The notes below the pieces were generated by a model. That model was not told the DNA's origin. It did no database searches and saw only the letters and a program-made list of their open reading frames with translations. From NCBI GenBank assembly GCA_045863335.1, contig BTVY01000030.1, forward strand, positions 30,799 to 94,798: DNA of 64,000 nucleotides, read 5' to 3'. Positions 58,865 to 64,000 of the stretch are shown in pieces. The position numbers and the translations under genes were made by a program. The first letter of the stretch is position 1, and each line of letters starts with the position of its first letter. The stretch comes from Candidatus Hydrogenedentota bacterium (GTDB lineage: Bacteria > Hydrogenedentota > Hydrogenedentia > Hydrogenedentales > SLHB01).

Positions 58865-59557
58865 GTGATGCGGACGACTTTTTCACGATTGATGTTGGTC
58901 GCCATGTGCGCAGCTTTTACGCTTCCGCTGGTCGCGCATGCGGAACCCCTGACGCTGAAGCAGGCGGAGGTCACCCCGCCCGACGAAGTCGTGAGTGAGA
59001 TGCGCGACGTGCTCAACCCGAAGGCGGTGCAATTGTTGGACGGCGATAAGCCGGTCTTTGAGTTCTGGTTCCGCAAGGACATTCCGCTGAAATCAACGCC
59101 CAGCGAGGGCGCGTCGGCGCTCTCGTTGATCGACGAGGTCACCTACCTCGGGGCGGTCAGGGTTCACGAACGGCGCAAGGATTTCCGGAATGACGACATC
59201 GAGCCGGGTGTGTATACGATGCGGCTCGGAATCTTGCCGACGGACGGCAACCACCTTGGCACGTCGCCGTTTCCGTACATGGCGATCCTGGTCCCCGCGC
59301 AGTACGACGAGGGGCTCGACGCGATTCCTGATCACGACACACTCGCGGAGTTGAGCGGCCAGGACACCTACGCCGAGCATCCGAACACACTGAGCTTGCA
59401 GCCGCTGGAAGGAGACGAGGCGGAAGGCGATTTCCCGCGCACCGGCGAAGGAGGAGACGACTGGCAGTTGGTCTACCTCAGGCTACCCGCCAAAGCAGAC
59501 GGCGCTGAAGCGGAGCTGGCGTTCAAGATGGTCTACGAAGGTCACGGCGAGATTTAG
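58865..59557 (+). CDS. secreted hypothetical protein
   Basis: RBS GAGGAG, signal peptide ending AHA, DFR...I.PGVYTMR...P.DGNHLG and HP..LSL. Confidence 0.75.
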   Translation: MMRTTFSRLMLVAMCAAFTLPLVAHAEPLTLKQAEVTPPDEVVSEMRDVLNPKAVQLLDGDKPVFEFWFRKDIPLKSTPSEGASALSLIDEVTYLGAVRVHERRKDFRNDDIEPGVYTMRLGILPTDGNHLGTSPFPYMAILVPAQYDEGLDAIPDHDTLAELSGQDTYAEHPNTLSLQPLEGDEAEGDFPRTGEGGDDWQLVYLRLPAKADGAEAELAFKMVYEGHGEI

Positions 59558-59578
59558 AAGAATCGACAGCAACAAGCA

Positions 59579-59658
59579 CGTCATTCTGAGCGAAGCGAAG
59601 AATCTCCCATATCCAAAGCCGAAGGTAGATAAGATTCTTCGCTTCACTCAGAATGACG
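59579..59658. repeat. 27-bp inverted repeat element (GTCATTCTGAGCGAAGCGAAGAATCT family)
   Basis: 59579-59605 and 59632-59658 are reverse complements with one mismatch, between convergent genes. Confidence 0.85.
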
Positions 59659-59699
59659 GCGCCGCGGTTTTCCCGCATGAATCGTGGTCTGTGAGGCAC

Positions 59700-61676
59700 T
59701 CACGGTTCAAACAGCCCCTGAATATCCTCCCAGCTATCGGTTTCGATGATGCCGGCGCGGTCCATGTTGGCGATGCCGGTGTGTTCCAGTTCGCGGCGTA
59801 TCGTTGCTAACTTCGCAATCGCCTTTATGCGTTGTTCCATCGTCGCATCAGGATCATTCACGACTGCAGCGGTCATCACGCACTGTTCCGCGTGACGAAG
59901 ACCTTGCCGTAGGAATTCAACCCGCTCCGCGTAGACCGGTTCGTCCGCGTCTTCGGTGTCTTTCTTTGCACGCTCGAGAATTTCCCATGCGGGCGCGAAG
60001 ACCTCCGGCGGATACAACGCATCGGCAACCAGCGCATAATTCGCGTAACGGCGGAAGCGGTCTTCCTGGGACCGGATGGTATCCGCGGACCGAGAGCTGT
60101 TCTCGATCGCGTAGTCTTCCCAATACGTGAAGTACTCTTCGACAGCGGACGCCGCCGGGCCGAACGCGCCGTAATACTCATCAAGCAAGGCTTCGATGTC
60201 CATCTCCGGGCGCACGTGGATACGCGCCAGGACATAGAGATTCGGGCCTTGCGCAGCCCACTGCCCTTGCAGCGAGTCGAAGTCCGTCCCGGTCATGCCG
60301 TGGCGCGCATAGAACTGAAACGCATCGGCGAACTGGTGCACATAGACCAGCGGCATCGTGTAACCATCGAGGAACCAATTGGGCCGGTAATAGACGCTCG
60401 CGCCGGACCGCTGCCAGCCCATCCACTGCTCCTTGATCCATTCCTGCTCCGCATCGGTGCGCGGGAACCAGCCTGCCCAACGAAACCAGGGAACAAAGCC
60501 AATGACGATGTTGGGATGCAGTTTGATCTCCGGGTCCGGCGCCCAGAAATAATTCACGTAGGCGTACATGTGGACGCGCACGTTCGGGTCGATCTCGGCC
60601 GCTTTGGAACGAACCGCCTCCAGAAACCGCGCGTAGCGGTTGGATGCCTGCGTCGGTTCGTAGGAGCGCTCGAGTCCGGCCGGGAGATTGCTCAAGTCGG
60701 GCGGCGGGCCGTTCCATTCGAGGCACTTCTCGCACAGGCACGCGCCGGAGTCGTCGTTCTCCCCCACTCCGATGTTTACGGGTTCACCAGGATACTTCTG
60801 ACGAAACGTCTCCCAACGCCGTACGATCTCCGCGTGGAGCCCCTCGTTGGACACGCACATGGTCACGCGATTCGGACGGCTGGGATCGAGGGGTCCGCGG
60901 GTGCCGTCGGCGTTCAGTTGAAACCAGTCCGGATGCTCCTCACCGTACTCTTCCCACCAGCCTTCGAACGAGTGGCCTGAACCGGAACTGGGTTGGGCGT
61001 AGTAACTGTCGTCGGACATTCCCATGCGATGGCGGCGGAGAAAGAGCGTTTGATTCTTCGCGTAATCCTCTCGCGCCTCGGGCGAAAAGGCCACGCGCTC
61101 GTGTGCTTCGGCAAACCCCTTTGGTCCAAGACCGGGCCGCAGCAGCCGCTGGTTGAAACGCGGAACAATGGTCTCGTCCAACGCTGGAATAAGCACCGAG
61201 TCGGTCTTCGGAACGTGTTCGCCGAGCGGACCCGGCCAGAGCCAGCGCACGCCGAGATAACGTTCGAGCACTTCGTAAACGCCCCAGAGCGTACCCGCGC
61301 GCGTCATGCGCTTGTTCAGGGGATCGCCCTCGGCGTCCTTGCCCACGATGAAGAGGTCTTCGCCAACGGTTCGCAATACGACTGCTTCGCTCGATGCCGC
61401 GTCCACCTCAATCCCTGCATCGCGGGCAGCCTGGGTGGCGCCAAGATAGATAACCGGCCGCCCGGGTTCTCGCGCGGCGGGTTCGTTGACGACTTTGAGT
61501 CTCGCACCGGTGGCCTTCTCGACGTGGTAAACCAGCTCTTCGGCCGCGAAAGTGGCGATGGGATACGGATTCTCGGGAAGTACGATAAGGGCCGTCGGTT
61601 CGGCACCGGCAACCAAAGCGACGGGCTCGGATACCGCGAGTGTCGCAAACACAGCGGTCATGATCGTTGCGAGCAT
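59700..61676 (-). CDS. DUF4838 family secreted protein (putative glycoside hydrolase-like)
   Basis: AAEELVYHVEKATG, GTLWGVYE.LE..LGVRWLWPG, HPDWF, C.SN, NDD...CLCEKC and YYGAFGPAA motifs. Confidence 0.8.
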   Translation of the reverse strand: MLATIMTAVFATLAVSEPVALVAGAEPTALIVLPENPYPIATFAAEELVYHVEKATGARLKVVNEPAAREPGRPVIYLGATQAARDAGIEVDAASSEAVVLRTVGEDLFIVGKDAEGDPLNKRMTRAGTLWGVYEVLERYLGVRWLWPGPLGEHVPKTDSVLIPALDETIVPRFNQRLLRPGLGPKGFAEAHERVAFSPEAREDYAKNQTLFLRRHRMGMSDDSYYAQPSSGSGHSFEGWWEEYGEEHPDWFQLNADGTRGPLDPSRPNRVTMCVSNEGLHAEIVRRWETFRQKYPGEPVNIGVGENDDSGACLCEKCLEWNGPPPDLSNLPAGLERSYEPTQASNRYARFLEAVRSKAAEIDPNVRVHMYAYVNYFWAPDPEIKLHPNIVIGFVPWFRWAGWFPRTDAEQEWIKEQWMGWQRSGASVYYRPNWFLDGYTMPLVYVHQFADAFQFYARHGMTGTDFDSLQGQWAAQGPNLYVLARIHVRPEMDIEALLDEYYGAFGPAASAVEEYFTYWEDYAIENSSRSADTIRSQEDRFRRYANYALVADALYPPEVFAPAWEILERAKKDTEDADEPVYAERVEFLRQGLRHAEQCVMTAAVVNDPDATMEQRIKAIAKLATIRRELEHTGIANMDRAGIIETDSWEDIQGLFEP

Positions 61677-61719
61677 GATAGTATTCCTTCCGAACCTCGC
61701 CGCTGTCTGGGCTTTGCGT

Positions 61720-62445
61720 CTATGGCTCCGGGTTAAAGGCGTGGATCTTCACGTTGCGAACCGCGCCGCCGGTGCGCCAGGTCGAAATTCCGAAGGGTAC
61801 GCAGGGCTGCACTTCCCATCGGATGCCGATGGTGCGTCCGGTGGTTTCGATGTCGACCATTTGTTCGTCATCGATCCAGGCCTCAATCTTGTCCGGCGTC
61901 ACGCGCACGCGGATGCGGTACCAGCGGTCCATTTCGAAATCACGGAACTTGGCGGTCTCGTTGTTGTAGGCGTCGTAGTAGTCGATGGACGAAATGCCGA
62001 CGCAGGTGCCGCCCCAACCGCCGACCACGAAGGAGCAGGGGTCTTCGCCGTAAGGAAAGGTCAGCGCGCAAAAGAAGTCGCTGCCTTCCGTGCGCTTGGC
62101 GTCGAGGGTCACTTCGTAGTTCATCCGAACCAGAGGGCCCCACCACGTGATGCCCGTCATATCGTTGCCGGGGGCCATGTAGACGGTGCCGTCTTCGACT
62201 CGGACTTCCCCGGAGTCCGTGAACTCCGCGACTTTCCACCCCTTGGACTCGACGAACTCGGTCCGCGGCCCTTCGCCTTCGTCGCCAATATTGTGCGTAA
62301 TGACGAAATCCACATCGGGCATTGGGCTTTCTTCGGCGGCCGCGGCATCGCCTTCCTCACCGGTGCTGGCACAAGCGCCGGCGAAACCGATCAGCAGCAA
62401 CGCGCACAGGAACCGCAATCTATAGGTATATTTCTGCGAAGTCAT
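61720..62445 (-). CDS. DUF1080 (3-keto-disaccharide hydrolase-like) lipoprotein
   Basis: Lipobox-like FAGAC, NYEVTLDA, GSDFFCALTFP, GGWGG..VGISSID and WYRIRVRV motifs. Confidence 0.75.
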   Translation of the reverse strand: MTSQKYTYRLRFLCALLLIGFAGACASTGEEGDAAAAEESPMPDVDFVITHNIGDEGEGPRTEFVESKGWKVAEFTDSGEVRVEDGTVYMAPGNDMTGITWWGPLVRMNYEVTLDAKRTEGSDFFCALTFPYGEDPCSFVVGGWGGTCVGISSIDYYDAYNNETAKFRDFEMDRWYRIRVRVTPDKIEAWIDDEQMVDIETTGRTIGIRWEVQPCVPFGISTWRTGGAVRNVKIHAFNPEP

Positions 62446-62606
62446 TTGACAGTCCTTTCCAGTACCGTGTGGACCATGTGTGGCCGCCCACCCGCCAAGG
62501 TTCTGCCCGCTATGCTATCTACACCCGCCCGCGCAAGTCCAGCCGGGGAGAAAAGTCTGCGTCTTGGGCGTACGTTTCTACGGGATCGCATTGGTTTCGC
62601 CTCGCC

Positions 62607-62677
62607 GCCACAAGAGAACCTAGATACGCGAAAAGAGAATACGAGTTCCGTTTACGTTCTTTGCGTTCTATTGCGGC
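62607..62677. repeat. degenerate inverted repeat with 9-bp AGAACGCAA-type units
   Basis: GCCACAAGAGAACCTAGATACGCGAAA versus the reverse complement of TTTACGTTCTTTGCGTTCTATTGCGGC. Confidence 0.45.
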
Positions 62678-62763
62678 CAATTCACTTCTTCCGGTGGTTG
62701 TGGATCCGTACGGAAAAATCTTCTCATAGAACCTGCGTTCGCCCTCTGCCTGCGCCAGGTCCT

Positions 62764-62810
62764 GGTATCGCAATTTCTAGATCTGAGATCTCAGATTTGA
62801 AATCGATACC
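62764..62810. repeat. palindrome made of ATCTGAG/ATTTGAA-type heptamers
   Basis: GGTATCG-CA-ATTTCTAGATCTGAGATCTCAGATTTGAAAT-CGATACC. Confidence 0.6.
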
Positions 62811-62992
62811 GGATTCTCCGATCGCGAACGCTGTTGCGGCCGACATGATCTCTATGCTGGGACAGGCAGACTCGGTCCAATTTTTCCGGAAGCAGGCGTC
62901 GGACAGGCGCGCACGCCGCACGGGACAGACTTGGCGAACCTCCGGCAACTCGGGAATTGTGCCAATACTATGCCCTCTGCTATCATGTTTTC

Positions 62993-63937
62993 ATGCGGGA
63001 TGATTCTGTAAGTGTCATACCATCGGTGGCAGAGTTTGTCGAGCGCAAGAGCTGCATAAATTGTGGCTCCAGCCGGCTCAGCGATCTGTCCAGCGGCCGT
63101 ATCGGCGATGATCCCTTGCGCTCGTTCCTGGAAAGCGATCCCTGGGGCGAATCGCCGCTCCCATACATCGAGCACGCCGAATGGGCGTATACCCGCTGCG
63201 AAGACTGCCAGCAAACCTTCCACCGCCGAATCCTTGCGCCGGAGTGGGTGCAGAAGCACTACACGGACTGGGTCAGCCACGAGGCCATGCAGCAGTTTTC
63301 CGCGGACCAGAATACACCGGAAGGTCAGTTTCAGCGCGCCCGCGAGAACGCGATGCACGTCTTGCGCATCGAAAAGCTCACGCGCGGCATCCGCGGCGGG
63401 GACGCCGTTCGGGTGCTTGATTTCGGGTGCGGGTACGGGGATTTCCTCGCGGTGTGCGACTGCTTTGGATTCGAGGCGAGCGGCATCGACTTCTCGCCGG
63501 ACCGACGCCGCGAGGGCCGAGTAGAGATTCTGCCAAACATGGACGCGCTGAAGGCGACGGCCCGCGCGGAGAAGGGATTTCACGCGGCGACGCTCTTCCA
63601 GGTGTTGGAACACGTGACGGAGCCGTTGGAGATCCTGAAGTCCGTGGGCGAACTCGTTTTGCCCGGCGGGTTGCTGGTCCTCGAAACGCCGGATTGCACG
63701 GGCGTCACCGGTATCAAGACGCTTTCCGATTACCGGAACATTCATCCCCTCGACCACATCAACGGCTTCGTGCCTGCGACCCTATGCAGCATCGCGCAGC
63801 GCGCCGGATTCGACCCCATCGACCGCGGCGAAGCCCACGTCACCGCGGACTGGAAGCGGGCCGTGAAAACCGAGGTCAAACGGCTCATCGGCCGGTTCCG
63901 CATGCCCACCACGCAGCAATATTTCCGCAAACGGTAA
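62993..63937 (+). CDS. class I SAM-dependent methyltransferase with N-terminal CxxC...CxxC
   Basis: CINC, CEDC, VLDFGCGYG, FQVLEHV.EP, L.PGG.LVLETP and HINGF motifs. Confidence 0.88.
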   Translation: MRDDSVSVIPSVAEFVERKSCINCGSSRLSDLSSGRIGDDPLRSFLESDPWGESPLPYIEHAEWAYTRCEDCQQTFHRRILAPEWVQKHYTDWVSHEAMQQFSADQNTPEGQFQRARENAMHVLRIEKLTRGIRGGDAVRVLDFGCGYGDFLAVCDCFGFEASGIDFSPDRRREGRVEILPNMDALKATARAEKGFHAATLFQVLEHVTEPLEILKSVGELVLPGGLLVLETPDCTGVTGIKTLSDYRNIHPLDHINGFVPATLCSIAQRAGFDPIDRGEAHVTADWKRAVKTEVKRLIGRFRMPTTQQYFRKR

Positions 63938-63947
63938 GAACCCCGAA

Positions 63948-64000
63948 ATCGAGTAGGAGGGGGAGGATAGTTCCTCCCCCGTCCTCTCACACCACCGTAC
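63948..64000 (-). mobile_element. 3' end (part of domain V and domain VI) of a group II intron, class IIC-like; continues beyond the window
   Basis: Minus strand reads GTACGGTGGTGTGAGAGGACGGGGGAGGAACTATCCTCCCCCTCCTACTCGAT: DV 3' arm, DVI hairpin with bulged A, and AY terminus. Confidence 0.85.

Overview
A GC-rich (roughly 60%) bacterial chromosomal window. Its gene content resembles Candidatus Hydrogenedentes or PVC-like lineages; this is inference only. Core genes include mgtE, a fatty-acid CoA ligase, dxs, purC-purF, a stand-alone PurH N-terminal domain with purD, PMM/PGM and rplM-rpsI. There are many glycan-processing genes: three BNR/sialidase-like proteins, GH4, GH51, GH127, a Tat sulfatase, DUF4838, DUF1080 and a ceramidase-like protein. 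Regulators include a ParDE toxin-antitoxin pair, a membrane-anchored ECF sigma factor, a degenerate REC-GGDEF protein and a sigma54 activator placed upstream of an MddA-like methanethiol methyltransferase. The most notable items are: (1) a Tat-exported xanthine-oxidase-family molybdoenzyme locus with mocA/xdhC and three uncharacterised downstream partners; (2) a four-helix-bundle (Avd/IVS-like) gene inside that locus, bracketed by inverted 9-bp tandem arrays, plus related short-tandem-repeat inverted elements elsewhere in the window; (3) several REP/MITE-like inverted-repeat families; (4) a divergent orphan flavin-dependent halogenase-like gene; (5) the 3' end of a class IIC-like group II intron at the right edge. 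No tRNA, rRNA or CRISPR array was recognised. Family assignments come from motif recognition by eye, not from database searches.
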